Shown: positions 17,989 through 30,159 of the stretch, piece after piece
Layout: every line of letters starts with the position of its first letter
How positions within the stretch are numbered: position 1 is the stretch's first letter
Origin: Macrostomum lignano
Lineage: Eukaryota
Direction: 5' to 3'
NCBI GenBank assembly: GCA_002269645.1
Contig: NIVC01002589.1
Coordinates: forward strand, 1 to 64,000
Length of the DNA stretch: 64,000 nucleotides
Position numbers and translations under genes: made by a program
The notes under the pieces: model-generated
What the model was told of the DNA's origin: nothing
What the model saw: only the letters and a program-made list of their open reading frames with translations
Databases searched by the model: none

Positions 17989-18865
17989 TTTATGTGAATT
18001 GCTGTTACCATGTTTATGTATTTTAGCGTTAGTACAACTCATTTTTAGGATATTGGATTTTCGCAGTTAACCACAGGCTTCTATGGGATTTTGTCTGTCT
18101 GAGAAACCTTGCTTGGATTGCCTGGTGTCCGATGCCCGATTCGAATGACCCACTGTAATAATTTTCTAACTTACCTGTTTAAATAATAACTCACGTCATG
18201 CAATGTGCGTTCTCAGCTAGTATTGTTAATAATATACACGAGTAATAAAACCGGCGAATTACATAATACCAGCTGTGCAGTGTTCGAATAATAATGTATC
18301 TATTTTTAGCACTTGCTCGCCCCTGTCTGTCGCAGTCTCCGTCTGTCTTGTAATTCTTTATTTTATCCGTTCGCTTTTTACATATATAATCTATCGTTTT
18401 TATGCACTTCTAAATTATTCGTAATTGTGAATAGTTATTCAGGCTTTTGAATTCGTGGGAACTTGTATCGCGTGTTACTACTGTTGTGGAGTAGCTGCTT
18501 TGGAAATATTCATACTAATTCAATACAAGAAGAAAAAATGATGTAATAATCCTAAAATATAAAGTCTCGGCTCGGTCATTCTTATTTGTACTTTTTTAAC
18601 ATCGACTTTGTGCAAAGAAATTCCTCTCTGCAATAAGCGTGTTTTAAGTTGTCAGTGACTTGGTGTACCCAAAATCTGTAGAAGAATCTCGGCCAATTTA
18701 AGTAGCAGGTTGCAATCGATTTCTAAGAAATGGGCAGTGATTCATTTGGATTTAGTATGCTCTCATCAAGAAAGCATATACATCGCTTAGTGTGGTTTAG
18801 CCATAGACAAATTCGGTCGACCGGATACTCGTATATCGACTGCATGGCCACTGCATTACCTAAGG

Positions 18866-19862
18866 ATCTGGGAGGCTGCTGATTTGGGATAGCTGTGGAC
18901 ATATCCTGGGGATTTGGGATAGCTGTGGACACACCCTGATGATCTGGGATAGCTGTGGACACATCCTGAGGATCTGGGATAGCTGTGGACACACCCTAAG
19001 GATCTGGGATAGCTGTGGACACACCCTGAGGATCTGGGATAGCTGTGGACACACCCTGAGGATCTGGGATAGCTGTGGACACACCCTGAGGATCTGGGAT
19101 AGCTGTGGACACACCCTGAGGATCTGGAATAGCTGTGGACACATTCTGGGGATTTGGGATAGCTGTGGAAACATCCTGGGGATTCGGGATAGCTGTGGAA
19201 ACATCCTGGGGATTTGGGATAGCTGTGGAAACATCCTGGGGATTTGGGATAGCTGTGGAAACATCCTGGGGATTTGGGATAGCTGTGGAAACATCCTGGG
19301 GATTCGGGATAGCTGTGGAAACATCCTGGGGATTTGGGATAGCTGTGGAAACATCCTGGGGATTTGGGATAGCTGTGGAAACAACCTGGGGATTTGGGAT
19401 AGCTGTGGAAACATCCTGGGGATTTGGGATAGCTGTGGAAACATCCTGGGGATTTGGGATAGCTGTGGAAACAACCTGGGGATTTGGGATAGCTGTGGAC
19501 ACATCCTGGGGATTTGGGATAGCTGTGGAAACATTCTGGGGATTTGGGATAGCTGTGGACACATCCTGGGGATTTGGGATAGCTGTGGAAACAACCTGGG
19601 GATTTGGGATAGCTGTGGACACATCCTGGGGATTTGGGATAGCTGTGGACACATCCTGGGGATTTGGGATAGCTGTGGAAACAACCTGGGGATTTGGGAT
19701 AGCTGTGGACACATCCTGGGGATTTGGGATAGCTGTGGAAACAACCTGGGGATTTGGGATAGCTGTGGACACATCCTGGGGATTTGGGATAGCTGTGGAC
19801 ACATCCTGGGGATTTGGGATAGGTGTGGACACACCCTGAGGAGCTGGGATAGCTGCAGACAC
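18866..19862. repeat. 30-bp minisatellite (GGGATAGCTGTGGACACATCCTGGGGATTT)
   Basis: About 33 copies downstream of DTD1. Confidence 0.95.
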
Positions 19863-20053
19863 AACTATAAGAATTGGGACTCAGTCGTGAAGCACGACAC
19901 AAACAGAAAATTAAATAAAAATGAATAAGAAAAGCAAATTTAGATCTGCTTTACACTCACAATATTAGCTACCCATGTTACACTTTTGAGAATTGGCAAA
20001 TAGCAGCAGAATTACTAAAATATATTTCTACACTATTTAGCAATAGTCCAGCA

Positions 20054-21400
20054 TCAAGTTGCTGCCTCATCGGTTTGCTGAGCAGTCTTCGGCTCCCGAG
20101 TGTCCAAACTGATGGTCACCGGGCCACAGTTGGTGCTGCTGACTTCTATCATGGCGCCAAACACTCCGGCTTTGATTTTGTCCTCCTGGTAGTCTCGGCG
20201 CATCGATTCCAGGATGTCGGCGTACATCTTCTCGGCCTGGTCGGTGGCCATGGCGCGGCGGAAGTCCGGCTTGTTGCCCTGCCATGTTTTTTGAGAAAGA
20301 AATTGGGTTGGGCAACTGAGGATCTGGGAGGTTGGGCAACTGAGGATCTGGGAGGCTGGGCCAGACCTGAGGATCTGGGATTCTGGCCTAGCAACTGAGA
20401 ATCTGAGGCTGGCTCCCAGCAACTGAGGATCTGGGATTCTGGCCTAGCAACTGAGAATCTGAGGCTGGCTCCCAGCAACTGAGGATCTGGGATTCTGGCC
20501 TAGCAACTGAGAATCTGAGGCTGGCTCCCAGCAACTGAGGATCTGGGATTCTGGCCTAGCAACTGAGAATCTGAGGCTGGCACAGCAACTGAGGATCTGG
20601 GAGGCTGGCACAGCAACTGAGGATCTGGGAGGCTGGCACAGCAACTGAGGATCTGGGAGGCTGGCACAGCAACTGAGGATCTGGGATTCTGGCCTAGCAA
20701 CTGAGGATCTGGGAGGCTGGCATAGCAACTGAGGATCTGGGATTCTGGCCTAGCAACTGAGAATCTGAGGCTGGCTCCCAGCAACTGAGGATCTGGGATT
20801 CTGGCCTAGCAACTGAGAATCTGAGGCTGGCTCCCAGCAACTGAGGATCTGGGATTCTGGCCTAGCAACTGAGAATCTGAGGCTGGCACAGCAACTGAGG
20901 ATCTGGGAGGCTGGCACAGCAACTGAGGATCTGGGAGGCTGGCACAGCAACTGAGGATCTGGGATTCTGGCCTAGCAACTGAGGATCTGGGAGGCTGGCA
21001 TAGCAACTGAGGATCTGGGATTCTGGCCTAGCAACTGAGGATCTGGGAGGCTGGCTCAGAAACTGAGGATCTGGGAGGCTGGCCTAGCAACTGAGAATCT
21101 GGAGAATGGCGGTGGCCCAGCCTGAGTCACCTTGAGCGTCGCATGCAGCGTGAACTGGCTGACGACCAGCACCTCCAAGCCGAGATCCCGGACACTCTTC
21201 ATCCATCGTTTCCCACCCTGTTCGTCATTTTCGTCGAACAGCCGCAGGTTGAGCAACTTCTTGCTCATCCAGTCGGCGTCCTGAGCGGTGTCGGACTGGC
21301 AGATGCCCAGCAGGACGCAGATGCCCCGGCCAATTTCGCCTACGGTGGCCCCATCAACCACAACAGCAGCTCGGCTGACTCGCTGCACGATGGCTCGCAT
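20054..21400 (-). CDS. DTD1: D-aminoacyl-tRNA deacylase 1; exons 21131-21400 and 20054-20278 (164 aa)
   Basis: MRAIVQRV start, SQFTL motif, GNKPDF after splicing and the GPVT (Gly-cisPro) motif. The GT-AG phase-0 intron 20279-21130 joins TLK|GNK. Confidence 0.95.
20305..21118. repeat. Composite 27-29-bp minisatellite (ACTGAGGATCTGGG... family) filling the DTD1 intron
   Basis: Alternating GGAGGCTGGCACAGC / GATTCTGGCCTAGC / AATCTGAGGCTGGCTCCCAGC units with block duplications. Confidence 0.93.
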
Positions 21401-21494
21401 GCGCTACTGTAAGTAGGACATATCGATAGGACATTTTTAATTAATGTTGCATTAATGTTGCACGAATTCAAATTTCACCCGTGCTATCAAATAA

Positions 21495-22225
21495 AGAATC
21501 TGAGGGGGAACCGGCGCCAACTGAAGAATCTGAAGGGAAACCGGCGCCAACTGAAGAATCTGAAGGGGAACCGGCGCCAACTGGAGAATCTGAAGGGGGA
21601 ACCGGCGCTAACTGAAGAATCTGAAGGGGAGCCGGCGCCAACTGAAGAATCTGAAGGGAGACCTGCGCCAACTGAAGAATCTGAAGGGAAACCGGCGCCA
21701 ACTGAAGAATCTGAAGGGGAGCCGGCGCCAACTGAAGAATCTAAAGGGGAGCCGGCGCCAACTGAAGAATCTGAAGGGAAACCTGCGCCAACTGGAGAAT
21801 CTGAAGGGGGAACCGGCGCTAACTGAAGAATCTGAAGGGGAGCCGGCGCCAACTGAAGAATCTGAAGGGAAACCGGCGCCAACTGAAGAATCTAAAGGGG
21901 AGCCGGCGCCAACTGAAGAATCTGAAGGGAAACCTGCGTCAACTGAAGAATCTGAAGGGGAGCCGGCGCCAACTGAAGAATCTGAAGGGAAACCGGCGCC
22001 AACTGAAGAATCTGAAGGGAAACCGGCGCCAACTGAAGAATCTAAAGGGGAGCCGGCGCCAACTGAAGAATCTGAAGGGAAACCTGCGCCAACTGAAGAA
22101 TCTGAAGGGGAGCCGGCGCCAACTGAAGAATCTGAAGGGAAACCGGCGCCAACTGAAGAATCTGAAGGGGAGCCGGCGCCAACTGAAGAATCTGAAGGGG
22201 AGCCGGCGCCAACTGAAGAATCTGA
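21495..22225. repeat. 30-bp minisatellite (AACTGAAGAATCTGAAGGGGAGCCGGCGCC)
   Basis: About 24 copies, including occasional 31-bp units. Confidence 0.94.
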
Positions 22226-22529
22226 CTATGCAGAAATTCTCAATTCCATGGTTAACTATCAAGAAATAAAACAAGATAAGTATTAGAAAGTTACAAAATC
22301 CACAGCTAGACAAAATATTGTTTTGCATTTTTTATTTGAATCACGCAAGAAAGACGGATGAAAAAGCAAATCCAACAAGTCAAGGCACTAAATTGATAGC
22401 GGGAAAGTAAAAAATCTAACATTTCAATTTGTTTGCAGCGCAATACGGAAAACATCATTTCATTGGACCGATTGGCCTGTGATTTAAACGGCACTGCACG
22501 AAAAGTTGATTCAAGCAATACTGAAGATC

Positions 22530-23318
22530 AGAAGATCTGGGAGACTGGCGGTGGCCCAGCAAATGAGCATCTGGGAGGCTGGCCCAACAACTGAGCATCT
22601 GGGAGGCTGGCCCAACAACTGAGCATCTGGGAGGCTGGCCCAACAACTGAGGATCTGGGAGGCTGGCCCAACAACTGAGCATCTGGGAGGCTGGCCCAAC
22701 AACTGAGCATCTGGGAGGCTGGCCCAGCAACTGAGCATCTGGGAGGCTGGCCCAACAACTGAGCATCTGGGGGGCTGGCCCAACAACTGAGCATCTGGGA
22801 GGCTGGCCCAACAACTGAGCATCTGGGAGGCTGGCCCAACAACTGAGCATCTGGGAGGCTGATGGCCCAGCAACTGAGCATCTGGGAGGCTGGCCCAACA
22901 ACTGAGCATCTGGGGGCTGGCCCAACAACTGAGCATCTGGGAGGCTGGCCCAACAACTGAGGATCTGGGAGGCTGGCCCAACAACTGAGGATCTGGGAGG
23001 CTGGCCCAACAACTGAGGATCTGGGAGGCTGGCCCAACAACTGAGCATCTGGGGGCTGGCCCAACAACTGAGCATCTGGGAGGCTGGCCCAACAACTGAG
23101 CATCTGGGAGGCTGGCCCAACAACTGAGGATCTGGGAGGCTGGCCCAACAACTGAGGATCTGGGAGGCTGGCCCAACAACTGAGGATCTGGGAGGCTGGC
23201 GGTGGCACAAAAACTGAGGATCTGAGATTTTGGTCTAGCAACAGAGGATCTGAGAGGATGTTCTAGCAACAGAGGATCTGAGAGGATGTTCTAGCAACTG
23301 AGGATCTGGAAGGTTGGC
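22530..23318. repeat. 28-bp minisatellite (ACTGAGSATCTGGGAGGCTGGCCCAACA)
   Basis: About 27 copies; same family as the DTD1 intron and 30505 arrays. Confidence 0.94.
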
Positions 23319-23513
23319 AGTCACAGTCTGAAGATAGTCGGAGTTAGTGCGCAGGACAGTTGAAAACCAAAGTAGTTGTTAGTGAGTTCTACGTACTTCA
23401 TCTACTTTTACTTAAATTTAAAAAATGTTATTACCGCTGTATTTCAAAAGAGACTATGTACTTTTGAAAGGAGAGTATTGTAGATTTAAAAATAAATAAA
23501 AGTGTAAATATTT

Positions 23514-26500
23514 TCAAATCATCGCTTTAGTCAGGTTTTCAGTTGGTTCCGGCAGCTTCTGCAGGTGACTGATTACGTCATTGACCTGAAATGAAAATTT
23601 ATGAAGGTGCTCATATTAAATCACATTAGATTAAACTAAATTACAGCATACGTAATTAATAATTTGACAAGGACAAGTACATATATGAATGAAATTCAGA
23701 GCATCCGGATCTTATGTTCTAAACTTAAATCTAGTCTGTGGCGCTAAAATCTAACATGTGGCGCTAAAATCTAGCATGTGGCGCTAAAATCTAGTCTGTG
23801 GCGCTAAAATTTAGCATGTGGCGCTAAAATCTAGTCTGTGGCGCTAAAATCTAGCATGTGGCGCTAAAATCTAGTCTGTGGCGCTAAAATCTAATTTGTG
23901 GCGCTAAAATCTAGCATGTGGCGCTAAAATCTAGTCTGTGGCGCTAAAATTTAGCATGTGGCGCTAAAATCTAGCATGTGGCGCTAAAACCTAGCATTTG
24001 GCGCTAAAATCTAGTCTGTGGCGCTAAAATCTAGCATGTGGCTATAAAATCTATTCTGTGGCGCTTAAATCTAACATGTGGCGCTAAAATCTAGCATGTG
24101 GCGCTAAAATCTAGCATGTGGCGCTAAAATCTAGCATGTGGCGCTAAAATCTAGCATGTGGCGCTAAAATCTAGCATGTGGCGCTAAAATCTAGTCTGTG
24201 GCGCTAAAATTTAGCATGTGGCGCTAAAATCTAGCATGTGGCGCTAAAATCTAGCATGTGGCGCTAAAATCTAGCATTTGGCGCTAAAACCAAGCATTTG
24301 GTGCTAAAATCTAGTCTGTGGCGCTAAAATCTAATCTGTGGCGCTAAAATCTAACATGTGGCGCTAAAATCTAACATGTGGCGCTAAAATCTAACATGTG
24401 GCGCTAAAATCTAGTCTGTGGCGCTAAAATCTAGCATGTGGCTATAAAATCTAGTCTGTGGCGCTAATGTCTAACATGTGGCGCTAAAATCTAGTCTGTG
24501 GCGCTAAAATCTAGCATGTGGCTATAAAATCTAGTCTCTGGCGCTAAAATCTAGCCTTACATTGACTATGGGTGATGCGGCTCATGCCATAATTTAAAAC
24601 TCACAGTTTTAAAAGTTTTACCACCAGCCGTATACCTATGACTGCGGACCCGACTGGCTGGGGACAGCACGTGCAAATGCAAATGATTCACTGAATTAAA
24701 CGGAGGCCAGTGGAAACCGCATCTGTGAAGAGGGGAGGCGGGTTAAAGAATAAATTATAGTTCTCGGTATGAACTTACGGACACAAACCACGGTGACTTG
24801 GAGCCGTATTTGAGCTCGGCTAAGCAGCCCATGCTACTGACTGGGCTAATGAGGTGCAGGTGCAGGTGGCTCACGGAAGTGAATGGCGGCCAATGGAACC
24901 CAATCCTACAAGTGAATTGGAGCTCCATTGAAGATGCTTGCCTCCGGTAGCTGCTACCACCCATTCTTCAGGGTGAGTTGTCGATGCCCCTGATTCCTCA
25001 GTCAGTTGCTCTCCCCCTGATTCCTCAGCCAGTTGCTTTCCCCCTGATTCTTCAGGCAGCTGCTCTCCCCACCCCTGATTCTTCAGGCAGCTGCTCCCCT
25101 CCCCCTGATTCTTCAGGCAGCTGCTCTCCCCACCCCTGATTCTTCAGGCAGATGCTCTCCCCACCCCTGATTCTTCAGGCAGATGCTCTCCTCACCCCTG
25201 ATTCTTCAGGCAGCTGCTCTCCCTCCCCCTGATTCTTCAGGCAGATGCTCTCCCCACCCCTGATTCTTCAGGCAGATGCTCTCCCCACCCCTGATTCTTC
25301 AGGCAGCTGCTCTCCCCTCCCCCTGATTCTTCAGGCAGCTGCTCTCCCCACCCCTGATTCTTCAGGCAGCTGCTCTCCCCTCCCCCTGATTCTTCAGGCA
25401 GCTGCTCTCCCCACCCCTGATTCTTCAGGCAGCTGCTCTCCCCACCCCCTGATTCTTCAGGCAGCTGTTCTCCCCTCCCCCTGATTCTTCAGGCAGCTGC
25501 TCTCCCCTCCCCCTGATTCTTCAGGCAGCTGCTCTCCCCTCCCCCTGATTCTTCAGGCAGATGCTCTCCCCTCCCCCTGATTCTTCAGGCAGATGCTCTC
25601 CTCACCCACTGATTCTTCAGGCAGCTGCTCTCCCCTCCCCCTGGTTCTTCAGGCAGTTGCTCTCCTCACCCACTGATTCTTCAGGCAGCTGCTCTCTCCT
25701 CCCCTGGTTCTTCAGGCAGTTGCTCTCCTCACCCACTGATTCTTCAGGCAGCTGCTCTCCCCTCCCCTGGTTCTTCAGGCAGTTGCTCTCCTCACCCACT
25801 GATTCTTCAGGCAGCTGCTCTCCCCTCCCCCTGATTCTTCAGGCAGCTGCTCTCCCCTCCCCCTGATTCTTCAGGCAGATGCTCTCCCCTCCCCCTGATT
25901 CTTCAGGCAGATGCTCTCCTCACCCACTGATTCTTCAGGCAGCTGCTCTCCTCACCCACTGATTCTTCAGGCAGCTGCTCTCCCCTCCCCCTGGTTCTTC
26001 AGGCAGCTGCTCTCTCCTCCCCTGGTTCTTCAGGCAGCTGCTCTCCCCACCCCTGATTCTTCAGGCAGCTGCTCTCCTCACCCACTGATTCTTCAGGCAG
26101 CTGCTCTCTCCTCCCCCTGATTCTTCAGGCAGCTGCTCTCTCCTCCCCTGGTTCTTCAGGCAGTTGCTCTTCTCACCCACTGATTCTTCAGGCAGCTGCT
26201 CTCCCCACCCCTGATTCTTCAGGCAGTTGCTCTCCCCTCCCCCTGATTCTTCAGGCAGATGCTCTCCTCACCCACTGATTCTTCAGGCAGATGCTCTCCC
26301 CTCCCCCTGATTCTTCAGGCAGCTGCTCTCCCCTCCCCCTGATTCTTCAGGCAGCTGCTCTCCCCTCCCCCTGATTCTTCAGGCAGCTGCTCTCCCCTCC
26401 CCCTGATTCTTCAGGCAGATGCTCTCCTCACCCACTGATTCTTCAGGCAGCTGCTCTCCCCTCCCCCTGGTACTTCAGGCAGTTGCTCTCCTCACCCACT

Positions 26501-27765
26501 TATTCTTCAGGCAGCTGCTCTCTCCTCCCCTGGTTCTTCAGGCAGCTGCTCTCCCCACCCCTGATTCTTCAGGCAGCTGCTCTCCTCACCCACTGATTCT
26601 TCAGGCAGCTGCTCTCTCCTCCCCTGATTCTTCAGGCAGCTGCTCTCTCCTCCCCTGGTTCTTCAGGCAGTTGCTCTTCTCACCCACTGATTCTTCAGGC
26701 AGCTGCTCTCCCCTCCCCTGATTCTTCAGGCAGCTGCTCTCCCCTCCCCCTGATTCTTCAGGCAGCTGCTCTCCCCTCCCCCTGATTCTTCAGGCAGCTA
26801 ATCTCTCTCTACTCATAAACTTTACTGGATGATTTATCATAATGTTAGTGGTTGAATGGTTGATTGACAACTAAGGTTAAAGTATTTATGCAGCTGACAC
26901 TTGCCTGGCATCTTGTACATTAGCACCAAGCCTAGACAATGCCTCCAAACCAGAGGTTTCCAATAGTTTCACAAGCTCAATATCATTCTTTGTCAGTTGC
27001 TTGCAGTCTTTGATATGGATGACTGGACAAGACAATAGGTGGTAAGTTGCAGCTGGACAAATATCGTGGAAGACTATCACTTGATCTGTCTGGAAAGTAA
27101 GAAATATTTTTAAATCATTTTATTTCATAATAATTTATGTGGCATAAAAATATTTAAAAGATAAATATTGAAATTTATAACCTTTTTAGCTTTTATAAAC
27201 AAAATATACTATGTTTTTTATAATTTTCAATAGTAATAGCTTTTTTAAAAACAAAATTGGAATAATTTGGTATTTTTAGGTCATCTAGGTCATCTTAGGT
27301 TTAAAAAAGCTATATTTGCTTTGTTTTAAATGTTTTTGCTTAGGATTGGATAGATAAAAATCTTTTTTATCCTTGATCTCTAACCTTTCGCCTTCAGTGG
27401 GTTGTTCTCCCTTTCTCATTTTTTAGTTTTTTCTAGTTTGAAAAACTATGCCAGTCTAGTGACCAGGCTGGGATATTATAAGCATTTATATATCTATAAT
27501 CTAGACTAGACCATATATTAATTAAGATAAATAAATAAATAAAACTAAAGCTATGATATAATATAGGTCTAAGACTAAAATAAGCAAATAATGGATAGGC
27601 TTAAAGTTTTAATATATACTCAGACAGCAATATAGGACTCAGACAGCCAAGCAAAATAATCATATAACTTACTTGAAGAACAATGTCAGATTGCTGTCTT
27701 TTATGATCAACTATATCACAAAAGGTACAGTTCCTGCGCTTTTGATGCTCTTTAGGCTTGGGCAT
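23514..27765 (-). CDS. HINT3: Histidine triad nucleotide-binding protein 3 (HINT3-like), 158 aa; exons 27673-27765, 26905-27089, 24779-24905, 23514-23585
   Basis: Spliced protein MPKPKEHQKRRNCTFCDIV...VIVFHDICPAATYHLLSCPVIHIKDCKQL...DARIGFHWPPFTSVSHLHLHLISP...PWFVSVNDVISHLQKL..., with CxxC, DI.PAA..H and the GFH.PPF.S.SHLHLH HIT motif typical of HINT3. All junctions are in phase; the second intron is GC-AG. Confidence 0.92.
23733..24556. repeat. 20-bp minisatellite (GTGGCGCTAAAATCTAGCAT) in HINT3 intron 23586-24778
   Basis: About 41 copies. Confidence 0.95.
24988..26800. repeat. 31-32-bp minisatellite (CTGATTCTTCAGGCAGCTGCTCTCCCCWCCC) in HINT3 intron 24906-26904
   Basis: About 57 copies. 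Confidence 0.95.
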
Positions 27766-28332
27766 TCACAATTATCTCTGTTAATAGGCGTTCGTATAAA
27801 AAGTTGCTAATTTTGGTTAAGGTTGCAGCTTGCTAAATAATAAACTGATTCCCTTATATAACTGCTGCGCCGCTATATGCCTATATACTTACTGTTGCGT
27901 ACGGCTAAATATATGACTGTAATTTTGCAAAATATGACGTAAGACGAAAAATTTTAGTTTACATTGCAATTGTCTCCCATCCACTAATTTTTAAACCATC
28001 AATCTTTATTTCTACAATAATGGGCTCAATATTTTGACTTTTCAAAGCTGGAGAGAACTATGTGTATTTTTTGTATTATCAACATCTAAATGTTTGTTAA
28101 AGTTAAATACATAAATTCAGAAAGTTCCCGTAGCCAAGCATATAATCGATCGATTCAAGTAGCTCATCGTATATTTTATTCAATATTTAACGGCACACCA
28201 GACACCAAAGTCAAAAAAGTAAGCTCAAAAAAAAAAATTGATACTTGCATACATCTCTAGAACATGCAGTTATACATCCGATTATGTGCAATTATGAAAT
28301 TTTCATTCAAACAAGAATTCTAAGACTAAAAG

Positions 28333-30159
28333 TTATACAATCCGATCAATGAAATTCGTATTCAGCAAGTAGTGCTCATAACAACATGGTCGTATCAAGC
28401 CACTATCCGACTTTTGCGGCCTTGAGAACGGATTTCGGTGCCACTTCCACGCCCTAAAGCCAAGGTCAAAGATGCCCAGAAGAATGCGAATATATCGATC
28501 ATATTTAGATTTTCTTCGAAAAAAGCCATCCGTATGAGTCTCAAAAAGAAACTGCTTCACTCTCGTCAGGCAGCCGTCCTGCAAAGCTTGCTCAAACGCA
28601 GCCCACTCCCAATATTCGACGTCAACTTTTAGAATATCTATTGTTCCATTTCCGGGCACAAGTTCTTGGAACAGATCACATAGAGTGCGCATCTTCCAGC
28701 CTTCCGGTGATGTCTTGTTGCTGAATGACAACCCTGATCGATAAAACCACGATGTCTTCCGACGCTTGTGATCATTCACTTTGGACATACTCGGATCGAA
28801 CATGAACACTCGGCAGTGAAATTTGTCGGCTAGCTCGTCATCGTACTTCCACATGTAGTTGATTCCAAAGGAAAACGCGGTGCACTGCTTCGCTGAATCA
28901 ATGCTGAACGGCTCACTGAAGCAGACATCCCAGCCACCATCGTTTTCTTCGCCGATCCGTCTGCTGTAAGGACAGAAAAGATGCTGCTGCTCCACCAGCT
29001 GAAAGTACAGGTGATCGAGTTGAGCTGGAGACATTGTGGTCAGGTTTGCTTGACGTACAGTCATCAGTTGGTCGAAGCCGGGGCTTCGGGAAATCGGGAG
29101 ATTCTTTAATGGAAGGTCGATCGTACTTTTAATTCTGTTTCTGAGTTGATGATTAACAGTAGTATTATGCAGGAAGTTGATGTTGATGTAGCTGACGCTG
29201 ATACCGGATGCGGTATCTAGTCGCATATTCCACTGTCGGAATCCAGCATTGTGCAGGCCAATCAGAGCAAGGATGCTACGAATGAGCTCTTTATTAGTCA
29301 GGGAACCTTTCCTGTTAGAGCTAATAGTCAGCACAAGCTGCTTCGTCAACACCAATGAACCATCGTTGGCAGCTGCCTCAAGTGATAACCAATCTTCTGG
29401 CCCGACATTAACCTTCAGCACGTCGATGACAGTTTGCTTGGCTTTGAATCGCTTCAGGTAGCCCTGATAGCTGTCAGATCTGACATTTCCTGCAGTCTGT
29501 GCGGCACTCAGGCCCTCCTTCAGAAGTATCACCTGGCTGCTGTGCATGTGGCTCGGCTGTTTCATCGTCGGGTCGAACACCAGCGCGTAGCAGCCGTGGC
29601 CGGCGGACAGATCCTCTTCGAAGCGCAATGAGGAGGACGCGCTGCCACCGAATGAGAAGCTGTAGCACGGCCGGCTGGGCTGGAACGGGCCCACCGTGCA
29701 CAAGCCGTGGCCAGCGCGTCTCCGATCAGCGACTGCTATTCGACGTCCGAATCGGCTGCTGATAGAGCAGTGCGCTGTCGGCCGCGTCACAATCTGCTCT
29801 AATTGAACTTCTAAGGTCTCCAATGCCATGCTGAACAGCCTGTGGTCTTCTAGCAGATTCGGGAACTGCTGGGTCGTCACGGATATGTTTCCGTTAGGCA
29901 GGCGGTACAGCACAGTCGATCCATCATGGCTAAGCACGGACTCAATGATCTTGTCTCTATGGGCATTGCTGACTGTCTCAGAGTGCTCTGGCTGAGCTAC
30001 TCTGCGCTGAAGCTTCAAGGTCAGAATAGTTGTCAGAAGCAGACTAACAAAAATAATCGCTGCTGTTCTTTGTCGGGACAGCTTTCTCAGGCAGGCGCAT
30101 TGCAGTAAGACTGACAGCGACTGAAGCTGAAACGTTTTCTTGCTGTATCGGTTTCTCAT
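28333..30159 (-). CDS. METTL24-like (Methyltransf_22/FkbM-type) protein with an N-terminal membrane anchor and two tandem domains; intronless, 608 aa
   Basis: C-terminal domain RIGEENDGGWDVC...FSFGIN...DD...CRVFMFDPS...IDILKVDVEYWEW...VKQFLFETH. A degenerate N-terminal copy reads YSFSFG..FEEDL..CYALVFDPT..IDVLKVNV. Hydrophobic IIFVSLLLTTILTL near the N-terminus. Confidence 0.85.
   Translation of the reverse strand: MRNRYSKKTFQLQSLSVLLQCACLRKLSRQRTAAIIFVSLLLTTILTLKLQRRVAQPEHSETVSNAHRDKIIESVLSHDGSTVLYRLPNGNISVTTQQFPNLLEDHRLFSMALETLEVQLEQIVTRPTAHCSISSRFGRRIAVADRRRAGHGLCTVGPFQPSRPCYSFSFGGSASSSLRFEEDLSAGHGCYALVFDPTMKQPSHMHSSQVILLKEGLSAAQTAGNVRSDSYQGYLKRFKAKQTVIDVLKVNVGPEDWLSLEAAANDGSLVLTKQLVLTISSNRKGSLTNKELIRSILALIGLHNAGFRQWNMRLDTASGISVSYININFLHNTTVNHQLRNRIKSTIDLPLKNLPISRSPGFDQLMTVRQANLTTMSPAQLDHLYFQLVEQQHLFCPYSRRIGEENDGGWDVCFSEPFSIDSAKQCTAFSFGINYMWKYDDELADKFHCRVFMFDPSMSKVNDHKRRKTSWFYRSGLSFSNKTSPEGWKMRTLCDLFQELVPGNGTIDILKVDVEYWEWAAFEQALQDGCLTRVKQFLFETHTDGFFRRKSKYDRYIRILLGIFDLGFRAWKWHRNPFSRPQKSDSGLIRPCCYEHYLLNTNFIDRIV

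Noticed and set aside
18723-18860. Possible minus-strand exon after the 30-bp array (GNAVAMQSIYEYPVDRIC...)
   Set aside because: An acceptor is present but there is no recognisable product or upstream partner exon.
22224-22286. Plus-strand DYAEILNSMVNYQEIK resembling DTD1 MYADILESMRRDYQEDK
   Set aside because: Only 16 residues with a gap; a hand-estimated alignment score is too low to be significant in a six-frame search, and there is no flanking homology.
18856-23269. Repeat-derived ORFs (HSYPKSPG, ASQILSC, EESEGEPAPT)
   Set aside because: They track minisatellite units. The procyclin-like EESEGEPAPT frame is broken by 31-bp units, and no signal peptide or splice support was found.
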